This document shows positions 48,274 to 57,706 of a stretch of DNA of 64,000 nt, piece by piece; the first letter of the stretch is position 1; every line of letters starts with the position of its first letter. Both the position numbers and the translations under genes were made by a program. The notes below the pieces were generated by a model that saw only the letters and a list, made by a program, of their open reading frames with translations, ran no database searches and was not told the origin of the DNA. Source of the stretch: an uncultured delta proteobacterium (GTDB taxonomy: Bacteria > Myxococcota > Myxococcia > Myxococcales > Anaeromyxobacteraceae); assembly GCA_963814585.1 (NCBI GenBank), contig CAWFDF010000012.1, positions 32,001 to 96,000 of the forward strand, given 5' to 3'.

Positions 48274-48945
48274 CTAGAGGTTGAAGATGCCCCGCACGCC
48301 GATCTGGAACATGCCGTGCGTGGTCGCGTCGGAGCCGAGGCCGCCGTTGTCTTCCACCGTGCCCGCCGGGGTGGTGATCTTGGACTCCTGGACGGTGAAC
48401 TGGCCGAAGCCGTAGCTGGCGTAGAGGCCGGCGCTGAAGAACTTCACCAGCTTCAGGTCGGCGCCCGCCGAGATGGTGGCCCACTCCCAGCCGCGCAGCT
48501 GGGCGTCGAGCGTCATGCCGCCGCCCTCCTGGCTGATGCTGGCCGCCTCGAAGCCGGTGCCGATGCCGCCCCACAGCCCGACGATCCCCAGATCGAGGAG
48601 CTCACCGGTGACCTGGAGGCCGACGCGGAAGGTGTACGAGCTGCAGCTCACGCCCGCCACGTCGCACGTGAGCAGCGGGGTGCCGACCAGCGTGTTGGGC
48701 GCGTAGCCCAGGTAGATGCCGGCGGCCGTGCTGGAGCCGGTCTTGAACATGGCGTCCACCTGGAACGCCGTCTGGGAGTCGAGGTACTCGGAGTACTTGA
48801 TGTTCCCCGTGGTGGCGCCGGTCTGATCCTTGGTGACGTCGCCGCCCGGCACTCCGTAGCCGATGCGGAGGCCGAGGCCGAGCTCGGCCCGGGAGGCGGT
48901 GGGGACGGCGAGGAGCAGGGCGGCGGCGAGCAGCGGCGTGCGCAT
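48274..48945 (-). CDS. small outer-membrane beta-barrel protein
   Basis: Signal peptide (ASRA), amphipathic strands, C-terminus IGVRGIFNL; SD GGAGG. Confidence 0.78.
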   Translation of the reverse strand: MRTPLLAAALLLAVPTASRAELGLGLRIGYGVPGGDVTKDQTGATTGNIKYSEYLDSQTAFQVDAMFKTGSSTAAGIYLGYAPNTLVGTPLLTCDVAGVSCSSYTFRVGLQVTGELLDLGIVGLWGGIGTGFEAASISQEGGGMTLDAQLRGWEWATISAGADLKLVKFFSAGLYASYGFGQFTVQESKITTPAGTVEDNGGLGSDATTHGMFQIGVRGIFNL

Positions 48946-49090
48946 GGGGACGACCTCCGTGGCTTCCCGGGTCGGCGGGCGGGGCCGGCGCCTGGCGCGG
49001 ACCTCCCGAACCGGGCCGGGAGTGTCGCCTGCCCATGGATCTTCCACAAGCAAGCCGGGGCCTTTCGCCGCGGCGACGCGAGCCCGCGCT

Positions 49091-49405
49091 TCAGATGGTC
49101 CCGCCGCCGACGTCCCGGAGCCGCCGGACCCGGGCCACGCCGCAGCGCTCGCCGCAGGCGGAGCAGACCTCGTAGGTCATCTCCTTGACGACCAGCACGT
49201 CGGGGTGCTGCTCGGCCGGTTCGAGCCGGGCCCCGCAGCCGGGGCAGTCGAGAGACGCCACTCGCTCCGGACGCGCCAGCACCATCGACCGGCGCCGGTC
49301 GGGCGGGCAGCGGGCGCACTCGACGCCGTAGAGGAAGCCGACCTCGTGCCCGGGCGGTGACTCCTCGAGATCGACGCCGCAGTACTGGCAGATCTCGGAG
49401 GCCAT
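49091..49405 (-). CDS. Cys-rich protein with four CxxC pairs
   Basis: CQYC, CARC, CPGC, CSAC; GC-rich third positions; ATG 7 nt after the tRNA-Cys CCA. Confidence 0.7.
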   Translation of the reverse strand: MASEICQYCGVDLEESPPGHEVGFLYGVECARCPPDRRRSMVLARPERVASLDCPGCGARLEPAEQHPDVLVVKEMTYEVCSACGERCGVARVRRLRDVGGGTI

Positions 49406-49412
49406 GGGGAAC

Positions 49413-49487
49413 TGGAGGCACCGCCCAGATTCGAACTGGGGAATAAGGGTTTTGCAGACCCTTGCCTTACCACTTGGCGACGGTGCC
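49413..49487 (-). tRNA. tRNA-Cys(GCA), CCA encoded
   Basis: GGCACCG/CGGTGCC acceptor with T-CCA; AGGGT-CT-GCA-AA-ACCCT; CCCAG-TTCGAAT-CTGGG. Confidence 0.97.
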
Positions 49488-49500
49488 TTACCGGGGGCCC

Positions 49501-49529
49501 TTTGTATCGGAGGCCCGGAGGGGCGTCAA
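49501..49529 (-). promoter_or_regulatory. sigma70-type promoter of tRNA-Cys
   Basis: TTGACG-N17-TACAAA ending 13 nt before the tRNA 5' end. Confidence 0.65.
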
Positions 49530-50173
49530 CGTTGGGATCCACGCCCTGGCCGGCCGCAGCGCACCTCGGCGCACACCACCGCCACCCCCCGGGCCGCCAG
49601 GGCCCGGCAGAGGCCAGCCAGCTCGACGCGGGCCGCGGGACGCAGGGCCGCCGACACCAGGAGGCTCACCTCGACGCCGCCAGGTGCCTGGGACAGCTCG
49701 ACGCCCAGCGCACCGCCGAAGTCGATCGCCAGCGAGGGCCGGGCGGAGGCGTCGAAGGCCTCGATGACCGGCGGCAGCGCCCGCACCGCCTGCGCCAGCG
49801 CCAACCGGCCCGGCTCGATGGCCGGTCCGACGCCACCCCCCACGCCGGGCCCGCCACCGTGCACCGCTCCCAGGGCCGGTGCCTCTGCCGCGGGTCCTGC
49901 GCTCGCGGCCGGCCCGCCCGCCGCAGCGGCCGCCGCTGCCCCGCCCGATCCCCGCGCCTGCATCCCCTCGACCGTGCCGCCCGGCCGGCCGCGCGCCTCG
50001 CCCTCGCGGGCCGCCTCCAGCCGCGCGCCCGCCCGCCGGGCCGCCTTCCCGGCGTCGGCACGCGCCGCCTCCGTCCGCCGCGCCTCGGCTCGCTGGAGCG
50101 CAGCGCCGAAGTCGCCTCGACGGCCCGCGTCGCGCCGCTGCCCGGCGACCCGGACCTCCTGGCTCACGCGCAT
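49526..50173 (-). CDS. hypothetical protein with FliK/SctP-like C-terminus
   Basis: Low-complexity N-half then LAIDFGGALGVELSQAPGGVEVSL..LAGLCRALAARGVAVVCAEVR; overlaps the upstream ORF. Confidence 0.45.
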   Translation of the reverse strand: MRVSQEVRVAGQRRDAGRRGDFGAALQRAEARRTEAARADAGKAARRAGARLEAAREGEARGRPGGTVEGMQARGSGGAAAAAAAGGPAASAGPAAEAPALGAVHGGGPGVGGGVGPAIEPGRLALAQAVRALPPVIEAFDASARPSLAIDFGGALGVELSQAPGGVEVSLLVSAALRPAARVELAGLCRALAARGVAVVCAEVRCGRPGRGSQR

Positions 50174-50454
50174 CGAGCCGCTCGCCGCGCCAGCTCCAGG
50201 TGGGTCTCCATCTCCGCCGCCAGGTCCGCCGCGCCGCGGGCCCGCTCGGCCGCCTGCCTGGCCCGCAGCCCGTGGAAGTCGGCTGCCGCGACCAGCCCCT
50301 GCGACCGGGGGTGGAACGGGTCGCCCGCGCTGGAATCCGCCAGCCGCCGCCGCTCCACCGCCTCGCGCGCGGCGAGCAGGGCCAGCCGCCGCAGCCGGGC
50401 CACCTCGGTCCACGCCTCGGCCACGTCGCCCTCGCTCGGCGCCCGGCGGCTCAC
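50164..50454 (-). CDS. hypothetical helical (Ala/Arg/Glu-rich) protein
   Basis: 96-aa ORF overlapping neighbours at both ends; downstream of a sigma54-like motif. Confidence 0.45.
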   Translation of the reverse strand: MSRRAPSEGDVAEAWTEVARLRRLALLAAREAVERRRLADSSAGDPFHPRSQGLVAAADFHGLRARQAAERARGAADLAAEMETHLELARRAARCA

Positions 50455-50579
50455 GGAGTCACCCCGCGCCCGGCGCGCGCATCGACCTGGTCGGACCGGA
50501 GATGGCAGGAGGCGCCCGGCCGGGCCAGCCCTGGGGTCCTCCCGATGCAGGTGTCGGGTGGGTTCATGCCGGCCAGCGG

Positions 50580-50595
50580 TGCAGCGCCGGTGCCG
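50580..50595 (-). promoter_or_regulatory. sigma54 (-24/-12)-like promoter
   Basis: Minus strand CGGCAC-CGGCG-CTGCA versus consensus TGGCAC-N5-TTGCA, with correct GG/GC spacing. Confidence 0.45.
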
Positions 50596-50772
50596 CGTCC
50601 AAGCTGGCGAGACGACAGTGGCCGGCAGCGGCCTCGTCGGTCGCGGCGCGGACCTGCGGACGCCCGGCGGACCGCAGGCCTCGGCGCGGGCGCCGGTGCC
50701 GGTCGTCCCGTCCAGATCGATTCCCCGCCCCGCGCGTTCACCTCACCGGACGCCACACCGAAGGAGCCCATC

Positions 50773-52062
50773 ATGCCCAGCCCGCTCGTCGCCGCCCTCG
50801 CCGCCCTCCTCGCCGCCCACGCCATCCCGGTGCCCCCGGGCGCGGCGGTCGAGCGGGTCGCCCGCCTGGTCTCCGATCCCGAGGCGCAGCGGCTCGCCGC
50901 GGCCCGCGGCCTCCGGTTCGTCAACGTGCTCTGGGAGGACACCGGGCGGTACCAGGGCTCCTCGGTCGGGCCCAACATCTCCGACGTCACCATCGAGGTG
51001 GTGGACGGGACCGGCCCGGGACGGCGGCAGGCGCTCATGCCGGTCCTGCGCTTCCCCAACTTCGCCGACCGGACCGCCGACGTGAAGCTCGACCGGATCT
51101 GGGTCCGGACCGGCAACCAGCGGGACGGCGCCGGCGAGGAGGTGGTGACGCTGCGCGACCTGCTGGCCAGCCCGGCGCGCTACCTCTCGCTCCCCGGACA
51201 CGGCGCCATCCGCGGCGGGACGCTGCTGGCCCCCCGCGACAGCCACGCGCTGGTCTCGGCGCAGGCCGCCTTCCTGCCGGTGCCCCACGGGGCCAGGGCC
51301 ACCTTCCACCCGGTCATCTTCAACTACCAGTCCACGGCCGGCCACCCCGCCGTCCTCACCATCCTGGTGACGCGGCAGGGGACCTCGATGTCGATCGTCG
51401 ACAACGGCCGCGACCAGCTCGGGACCGGGAGCTGGGGGCAGCGCCTCTTCTTCAACGCCGGCGGCCAGCGCGCGCCCCTCACCGCAGAGCGGCGCACCGA
51501 CGTGGAGGCGGGCGGCGCCACCATGAACGGCGAGGCCGCCGCCAGCCTCGGCGAGGACGCCAACCTGCTCCTGCTCATCCAGGTGCCGCTGCGCGTGGAG
51601 CGGCCGCGCCGCCCGTACGGCCTCGCCGCCGGCGCCCCTTCACCCATGATGAAGTCGGAGGCCAAGGCGGCCCCGGCGGCCGAGGCGGCCGACGCCATGG
51701 AGCAGGCGGTGCTGGGCCACGGCGAGCTGGAGGGGCCCTTCACCGAGCTGGCCGGCCTCACCATCGAGCGTGACCCGCGCTTCCCGGTCCGGGTGACGGT
51801 CCAGTTCTACCAGGCCACCTCGAGCGGCCAGGTCACCTCCGCCGAGGTGGGCAAGCTGGCCGCCCTCATCGAGGCCGTCTCCACCAGGGGCGACTTCGTC
51901 GGCTCGCTGGTGGTGCCGGCCCCGCGCGATCCGCCCCGCCCCACCGCCTGGAGCGGCGCCACCCCGGCCCCGTCCTGCTTCAGCGCCTGCCAGTTCCCCG
52001 GCCTGGCCGAGCGGCTCGGCGTCTGCTGCCCGTCGCCGCGGCCGCCCATCGGGATCCGCTGA
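50773..52062 (+). CDS. uncharacterised exported protein (WEDTGR...GPNISD motif)
   Basis: SD AAGGAG, hydrophobic N-terminus, motif-like blocks WEDTGRYQGSSVGPNISD, FNYQS, IERDPRFPVRVTVQFY. Confidence 0.8.
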   Translation: MPSPLVAALAALLAAHAIPVPPGAAVERVARLVSDPEAQRLAAARGLRFVNVLWEDTGRYQGSSVGPNISDVTIEVVDGTGPGRRQALMPVLRFPNFADRTADVKLDRIWVRTGNQRDGAGEEVVTLRDLLASPARYLSLPGHGAIRGGTLLAPRDSHALVSAQAAFLPVPHGARATFHPVIFNYQSTAGHPAVLTILVTRQGTSMSIVDNGRDQLGTGSWGQRLFFNAGGQRAPLTAERRTDVEAGGATMNGEAAASLGEDANLLLLIQVPLRVERPRRPYGLAAGAPSPMMKSEAKAAPAAEAADAMEQAVLGHGELEGPFTELAGLTIERDPRFPVRVTVQFYQATSSGQVTSAEVGKLAALIEAVSTRGDFVGSLVVPAPRDPPRPTAWSGATPAPSCFSACQFPGLAERLGVCCPSPRPPIGIR

Positions 52063-52266
52063 GCGCGCCGGGCCAGCCGGCACGCGCCGGCGGCCCGGCG
52101 TCGAAGCACGTCCTCGGTGAAGTCCGGCCGAGGGGGCCCGTACCATGGTCCGGGCCTTTCTCCATCGGATCACGCCTGCTACCACTCACGACGAGCCCTC
52201 CCCTGCGGGTCGGCCCCTGTCGAGCGCGGCGCGGCGGAGACCGTCCCGTGACACGGGTGGGCCAGG

Positions 52267-52983
52267 GTGGCGATCGCGATGGGACCCGTGCCGATGGCGA
52301 CACCGGAAGCGAAGCTGGGGCAGCAGACCGCCGCACCCGCCCCCCTGGTACGCCTGCGCCCCCTGCTGCGCGGCTGGTCCCACGCGCTGGCCGCGGCCGC
52401 CGCCCTCCCCGCGGCCGGGCTGCTGGTGCGCCGATCCGGCGACGGGGTCGGCACCTGGGGCGCGGCGGTCTACGGGGCCTCGCTGGTGCTGCTCTTCACC
52501 ACCAGCGCGCTCTACCACCGGATCTACTGGCCCTCCTCGATCCGCCACCTGATCGGCCGGATCGACCACTCGGCCATCTTCCTGCTCATCGCCGGGACCT
52601 ACACCCCCTTCTGCCTCCTGCTCGGCCCGGGAACGGGCCACCGGCTCCTCGGGCTGGTCTGGATCTCGGCGGCGCTCGGCATCGCCGTGGTGATCGGGTG
52701 GAAGGGGCTGCCCAAGGCGCTGCGCGCCGGACTCTACGTGCTGCTCGGCTGGTTCATCGTGCCGGTGCTCCCCGCGCTGTACGCCGCGGTGGGGGACCGG
52801 GCCCTGGGGCTGCTGGTGCTGGGCGGAGCCTTCTACACGGCGGGGGCCGTGGTCTACGCCAGCCGCCGGCCCGACCCCTTCCCCCGGGTCTTCGGCTTCC
52901 ACGAGATCTTCCACCTCCTGGTCATCGCCGCCGCCGCCTGCCACTTCCTGGTGGTGGACGCCGCCGTGCGCGCGATGGGCTGA
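52267..52983 (+). CDS. hemolysin III / PAQR (TrhA-like) membrane protein
   Basis: SALYH, RIDHSAIFLLIAGTYTPF, FGFHEIFHLLV; start could be 52279 or 52294. Confidence 0.92.
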   Translation: MAIAMGPVPMATPEAKLGQQTAAPAPLVRLRPLLRGWSHALAAAAALPAAGLLVRRSGDGVGTWGAAVYGASLVLLFTTSALYHRIYWPSSIRHLIGRIDHSAIFLLIAGTYTPFCLLLGPGTGHRLLGLVWISAALGIAVVIGWKGLPKALRAGLYVLLGWFIVPVLPALYAAVGDRALGLLVLGGAFYTAGAVVYASRRPDPFPRVFGFHEIFHLLVIAAAACHFLVVDAAVRAMG

Positions 52984-53116
52984 CCCGGCCGGCCGGCGCC
53001 GGGAACGGGAGGCGAGGTGGCGCGATCCCTTCTCCCTTGAACCGGCTTCGTGAGCCATGTCACATTGACCGGCCGCCCACCCCCCGCACCACGCCCCGAC
53101 GCCAGAGAGGTCCCGC

Positions 53117-54439
53117 ATGCCCGCCGCCCCGCTCAACCCCCTCGCCCAGGCCGCCAACGACGCGCTGCAGAAGGACTGCCCGGTGGTCCTCGACCTCCTC
53201 GCCGAGCGTGGCAAGCGGTTCTTCTTCCCGGCCAAGGGGATCCTGGCGCAGGGGGCCGAGGCCAAGCAAAAGGCCAGCTTCGCCAACGCCACCGTCGGCA
53301 TCGCGACCGAGAACGGCGCCCCCATGCACCTCGGCGTGGTGAGCAAGTACTTCACCGGCCTCACCCCAGGCGAGATCTACGACTACGCCCCCAGCTACGG
53401 GAAGCCGGACGTCCGCGCGGCCTGGGCGAAGAAGCAGCGGGCCGAGACCCCGTCGCTCGGCAACCACCCGGTCTCCAATCCGGTGGTCACCAACGCCCTC
53501 ACCCACGGGCTCGGCCTGGTCGGCGACCTCTTCCTCGACCCGGGCGACGTGGTGCTCACGCCCAACCTGCTCTGGGAGAACTACAACCTCTGCTGGGAGA
53601 CGCGGCTGGAGGCGACCTTCGAGTACTTCCCGTTCTTCGACGAGAAGCTGACCGGCTTCAACATGCCGGCCTTCAAGGCGGGGCTGCTGCGCCACCGCGG
53701 GAAGAAGCTGCTGGTGGCCCTGAACTTCCCCAACAACCCATCGGGCTACACGCCGACGCGCGACGAGGCCAGCGCCATCGTGGCCGCGCTCAAGGCCGAG
53801 GCCGAGGCCGGCACCCGGCTGGTGGTCTGCGTCGACGACGCCTACTACGGGATGTTCTACCAGGCGGACTGCCAGACCGAGTCGGTCTTCGGGTCGCTGG
53901 CCCACGCCTCCGAGAACCTGCTGGCCATCAAGGTGGACGGCGGCACCAAGGAGGCCTTCGTCTGGGGGCTGCGCGTCGGCTTCCTCACCTTCGGCGTCAA
54001 GAACGGCACGCCAGCCGCCTACAAGGCCCTCGAGGACAAGACCGCCGGCCTGATCCGCGCCTACGTCTCCAACATCTCCAACCCGGGCCAGTCGGTGGTC
54101 CTGAAGGCGCTCAGCGACCCCGACTTCAAGGCCCAGCAGGCCGAGAAGGTGGCCACGCTGCTCCGGCGGGCCACGGTGACCTCCGCCGAGTGCCACAAGG
54201 CCGAGTACGCCGACTGCTGGGACGTCTACCCCTTCAACTCCGGGTACTTCATGTGCCTCCGCCTCAAGGGGGTGGACGCCGACGCCGCCCGGGTCCGGCT
54301 GCTCGAGGACCACGGCGTCGGGACCATCGCGCTGGGGAAGACCGACCTCCGGATCGCCTTCTCCTGCCTCACCGAGGCGCAGATCCCCGGGGTCTTCAGC
54401 GCCGCCGCCAAGGCCGTCCGCGCCGTCCGCGGCGCCTGA
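53117..54439 (+). CDS. PLP-dependent class I/II aminotransferase
   Basis: NATVG, NFPNNPSGYTP, DDAYYG, TKEAFVWGLRVGF, FNSGYF. Confidence 0.92.
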   Translation: MPAAPLNPLAQAANDALQKDCPVVLDLLAERGKRFFFPAKGILAQGAEAKQKASFANATVGIATENGAPMHLGVVSKYFTGLTPGEIYDYAPSYGKPDVRAAWAKKQRAETPSLGNHPVSNPVVTNALTHGLGLVGDLFLDPGDVVLTPNLLWENYNLCWETRLEATFEYFPFFDEKLTGFNMPAFKAGLLRHRGKKLLVALNFPNNPSGYTPTRDEASAIVAALKAEAEAGTRLVVCVDDAYYGMFYQADCQTESVFGSLAHASENLLAIKVDGGTKEAFVWGLRVGFLTFGVKNGTPAAYKALEDKTAGLIRAYVSNISNPGQSVVLKALSDPDFKAQQAEKVATLLRRATVTSAECHKAEYADCWDVYPFNSGYFMCLRLKGVDADAARVRLLEDHGVGTIALGKTDLRIAFSCLTEAQIPGVFSAAAKAVRAVRGA

Positions 54440-54456
54440 TCCTCGAGACCGACCAC

Positions 54457-55965
54457 ATGCACCTCGGCACCCGCCTGCTCCTCCTCGCCGGGCTCCTGCC
54501 CGCCATCTCGCTGGCCCAGGCCGGCCCGCCCGCGGCCGCCCCGGCCGCACCCGGCGTCGTGGAGAGCTCGGTGGTGAAGATCTTCTCCACCATCCGCAGC
54601 CCGGACGTGGCCCGACCGTGGGCCAAGGCCTCGCCGTCGGAGGCCACCGGCAGCGGCGTGGTGGTGGCCGGGAAGCGCATCCTCACCAACGCCCACGTGG
54701 TGCTCTATGCCAGCCACGTCCAGGTCCAGGCCCACCAGGCCGGCGACAAGATCTCGGCCACGGTGGAGGCGATCGCCCCCGGCATCGACCTCGCCATCCT
54801 CAGGCTCGACGACGAGTCCTTCTTCGACGCCCACCCGCCGCTGCCGCGCCTGGCCAGGCTGCCGGACGTGAAGGACGCGGTGATGGCCTACGGCTACCCG
54901 ACCGGTGGCAGCAACCTCTCCATCACCAAGGGGATCGTCTCCCGCATCGAGTTCACCTCGTACAACTTCCCGGTCTCGGGGCTGCGCATCCAGATCGACG
55001 CCGCCATCAACCCCGGCAACAGCGGCGGCCCGGCCGTGGTGGGCGACCAGATGATCGGCCTGGCGTTCAGCACCCTCGGGGGCGCCCAGAACATCGGCTA
55101 CATCATCCCCAACGAGGAGATCGAGCTCTTCCTGGAGGACGTGGCCGACGGCCGCTACGACGGCAAGCCGGCCATGCACGACGAGCTGCAGACCCTGGAG
55201 AACCCGGCGCTGCGCGCCTTCCTCAAGCTCGACAGGGGCGTGGCGGGCATGGTGGTCCACCAGCCGTTCGGGAAGGAGAGCCCGCTCAAGGCCTGGGACG
55301 TCATCACCCGCATCGGCGACACCCCGGTGGACGACCAGGGGATGATCCAGCTCGGCCCCAACCTGCGGGTCCGCTTCCAGTACCTGGTCCAGAAGCTGGC
55401 CCGGAACGGCAAGCTGCCGCTCTCGGTGATCCGCGGCGGCAAGCCACTCGCCCTGCAGCTCCCCGTCGACTCCAGGCGGCGGACCATGGTGCCCGACCTC
55501 CAGGGGAGCTACCCGCCCTACTTCATCCTCGGGCCGCTGGTGTTCTCGGTGGCCTCCCAGCAGCTGGTCTCCAGCGGCGGACGGGGGGCGATGGCCAACA
55601 TGTTCGGGAGCCCGCTCTTCAGCCGCATCCTCGACGAGCCGGCCTTCCCGGACGAGGAGCTGGTGGTGGTCCCCTCGCCGTTCCTGCCGCACCGCCTGGC
55701 CAAGGGCTACGACTCGCCGCAAGGGGCGGTGGTGAAGACCATCAACGGCACGGCGGTCCGGAACCTGCGCCACGCGGTGGAGCTGCTGCGCGACGCCCGG
55801 GGCGAGTTCGTGGTGGTCGACTTCGAGCGGCGCGGCGGCGAGGCCATCGTCTTCTCGCGCCAGGGCCTGCACGAGGCCACCGAGGAGCTGCTCACCGACA
55901 GCGGCATCCGCTCCCAGGGAACGCCGGAGCTGATGAAGGTCTGGAGCGCCCGGGGCGCGAAGTAG
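54457..55965 (+). CDS. exported HtrA/Deg-family serine protease with PDZ-like domains
   Basis: Signal peptide; catalytic triad TNAHVV, IDLA, GNSGGP. Confidence 0.92.
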   Translation: MHLGTRLLLLAGLLPAISLAQAGPPAAAPAAPGVVESSVVKIFSTIRSPDVARPWAKASPSEATGSGVVVAGKRILTNAHVVLYASHVQVQAHQAGDKISATVEAIAPGIDLAILRLDDESFFDAHPPLPRLARLPDVKDAVMAYGYPTGGSNLSITKGIVSRIEFTSYNFPVSGLRIQIDAAINPGNSGGPAVVGDQMIGLAFSTLGGAQNIGYIIPNEEIELFLEDVADGRYDGKPAMHDELQTLENPALRAFLKLDRGVAGMVVHQPFGKESPLKAWDVITRIGDTPVDDQGMIQLGPNLRVRFQYLVQKLARNGKLPLSVIRGGKPLALQLPVDSRRRTMVPDLQGSYPPYFILGPLVFSVASQQLVSSGGRGAMANMFGSPLFSRILDEPAFPDEELVVVPSPFLPHRLAKGYDSPQGAVVKTINGTAVRNLRHAVELLRDARGEFVVVDFERRGGEAIVFSRQGLHEATEELLTDSGIRSQGTPELMKVWSARGAK

Positions 55966-55997
55966 GCGCGGCGCGCCGGCGGCGGCGAGGACCCGCC

Positions 55998-57320
55998 TCA
56001 GCTGCGGTAGTCGGCGTTCTCGGAGACGTACTCGTGGGTGAGGTCGGCGCCGAGCACCTCGGCGGTGCCGGGCCCGTCCCCGAGCGCGACCTCGATCTCC
56101 ACCGCCCGCTCGTGGCGCGGGAAGTCGAAGGGCGGCTTGAAGGTGATGCCGTCGGCGGCCGGCGCCTGCGGGTAGAGCTCGGCGGCGACCAGGTGGGCGG
56201 TGAGCCGCCGCTCCTTCTCCGCGTCGAGCTGGAAGAGGCCGCCCTCCACGATCGGCTCGCCACCCATGGTGAGGCGGGCCCGGGAGGGATCGAGCTCGAT
56301 CCCGCGCGCCCCCGCCTCCTTGCCGAGGGCCGCCACCAGGCGGCCGACGTTGGGGTCGTTCCCGGCCACCGCGGTCTTGAAGAGCGGCGAGTTGACCACC
56401 GCCTTGCCGAGCTGGCGGGCCGCCCTGGCGTCGGGCGCGCCGCGCACCGTCACCCGCACGACGTGGCGCACCCCCTCGCCGTTGCGGACCACGTCCTCGG
56501 CGAGGTCACGGCAGACCCGGGTCAGCCCGGCCTGGAACGCGGCGATCGCCACCGGCCCCGCCGCGCCCGACGAGAGCGCCACCACCGTGTCGCTGGTCGA
56601 GGTGTCGGAGTCGACCGAGATGGCGTTGAAGCTCGCCTCGACCGCCACGGCCAGCGCCTGGCGCAGCGCCGCCCGGTCCACCGCGGCGTCGGTGAGCAGG
56701 TAGACCAGCATGGTGGCGAGGTTGGGCTCGATCATCCCCGCCCCCTTGGCGATGCCGACGATCGACGCGCCCCCCGGCAGGTCGTGGCGCCGGACCTTCG
56801 GGTAGAGGTCGGTGGTCATGATGCCCTCGGCCGCGGGCAGGACGCTCTCCCCCTGCAGCGATGCCACCGCCGCCGGGAGCGCCTTCACCATGGCGTCGAC
56901 CGGCAGCCGCCAGCCGATCACCCCGGTGGAGGACGGCAGCACCTCGGTGGGCCCGAGCCCGAGGCGCGCCGCCACCTCGCCGCAGAGCCGCTCCGAGGCC
57001 TCGACGCCCCCGGGAGCGCAGACGTTGGAGATCTTGTTGTTGACGAGCACGGCCCCGAGCCGCGGCTCGCCGAGCCGGCGGCGCCCCACCAGCACCGGCG
57101 CGCCGGGGAAGGCGTTGCGGGTGAAGGCGGCGGCGAAGGCCTCGGTCGGCCGGTCGGGCACCAGCAGCGCCAGCTTCATGCGGGCTGGCCGGTCCACCTC
57201 GAAGGGCGTGAACTCGAGCGACGCGGACCCGGCGCGGAAGCCGCGCGGCAGGCGCGCCTGGGCGGCGAGCCAGGCCCGGTGGGCGGCGCGGTCGGCGAAG
57301 ATCAGCGAGGTGCTCGGCAT
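55998..57320 (-). CDS. argJ: ornithine acetyltransferase / N-acetylglutamate synthase
   Basis: SSTGVIG, IMTTD, AKGAGMIEPNLATML, DSDTSTSD, DLTHEYV..NADYRS. Confidence 0.95.
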   Translation of the reverse strand: MPSTSLIFADRAAHRAWLAAQARLPRGFRAGSASLEFTPFEVDRPARMKLALLVPDRPTEAFAAAFTRNAFPGAPVLVGRRRLGEPRLGAVLVNNKISNVCAPGGVEASERLCGEVAARLGLGPTEVLPSSTGVIGWRLPVDAMVKALPAAVASLQGESVLPAAEGIMTTDLYPKVRRHDLPGGASIVGIAKGAGMIEPNLATMLVYLLTDAAVDRAALRQALAVAVEASFNAISVDSDTSTSDTVVALSSGAAGPVAIAAFQAGLTRVCRDLAEDVVRNGEGVRHVVRVTVRGAPDARAARQLGKAVVNSPLFKTAVAGNDPNVGRLVAALGKEAGARGIELDPSRARLTMGGEPIVEGGLFQLDAEKERRLTAHLVAAELYPQAPAADGITFKPPFDFPRHERAVEIEVALGDGPGTAEVLGADLTHEYVSENADYRS

Positions 57321-57430
57321 GCGGCGCTCCTGCTCGGGTCGGCCCGTCTGTCTATCATCATCCCCGCCCGGGATCCTTGCCGGGGCACGGCTTAAGGGCG
57401 GTGTCGATCCGGGGCCCCCCGAAAAGGGAT

Positions 57431-57459
57431 TTGCCTCCGGGCCGGTCCAACGTTACCTA
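57431..57459 (+). promoter_or_regulatory. sigma70-type promoter of the XRE gene (leaderless geometry)
   Basis: TTGCCT-N17-TACCTA-N6-ATG; no SD. Confidence 0.5.
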
Positions 57460-57465
57460 GCGTGC

Positions 57466-57675
57466 ATGGACCTCGTGACCCGCTTCGCCGGAAACGTCCG
57501 CAAGCTCCGCAGCAAGAAGAAGCTCTCGCAGAAGATCCTGGCCGACAAGATCGGGATCTCCGTCTCCTACGTGTCGATGCTGGAGCGCGGCCAGCGCTCG
57601 CCCCCGCTCGACATGCTCGAGAAGGTCGCCAAGGCGCTGGGCGTGCCGCCCATCACGCTCCTGGGCGGGAAGTAG
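57466..57675 (+). CDS. XRE-family HTH regulator (69 aa)
   Basis: VRKLRSKKKLSQKILADKIGISVSYVSMLERGQRSP..KVAKALGV. Confidence 0.92.
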   Translation: MDLVTRFAGNVRKLRSKKKLSQKILADKIGISVSYVSMLERGQRSPPLDMLEKVAKALGVPPITLLGGK

Positions 57676-57706
57676 CCGCGAGCGGCCTCGGGTGGAGCCG
57701 GCCGCG

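Noticed and set aside
2055..49487. Island or prophage integration at either tRNA
   Set aside because: No integrase, no duplicated tRNA 3' end noticed and no compositional shift.
53050..55965. 971-aa ORF, plus similar 5' over-extensions of acnB, ccoN, gltA, DUF192 and the nitroreductase
   Set aside because: The upstream parts are alternative frames of neighbouring genes; true starts were set by SD, signal peptide or stop overlap.
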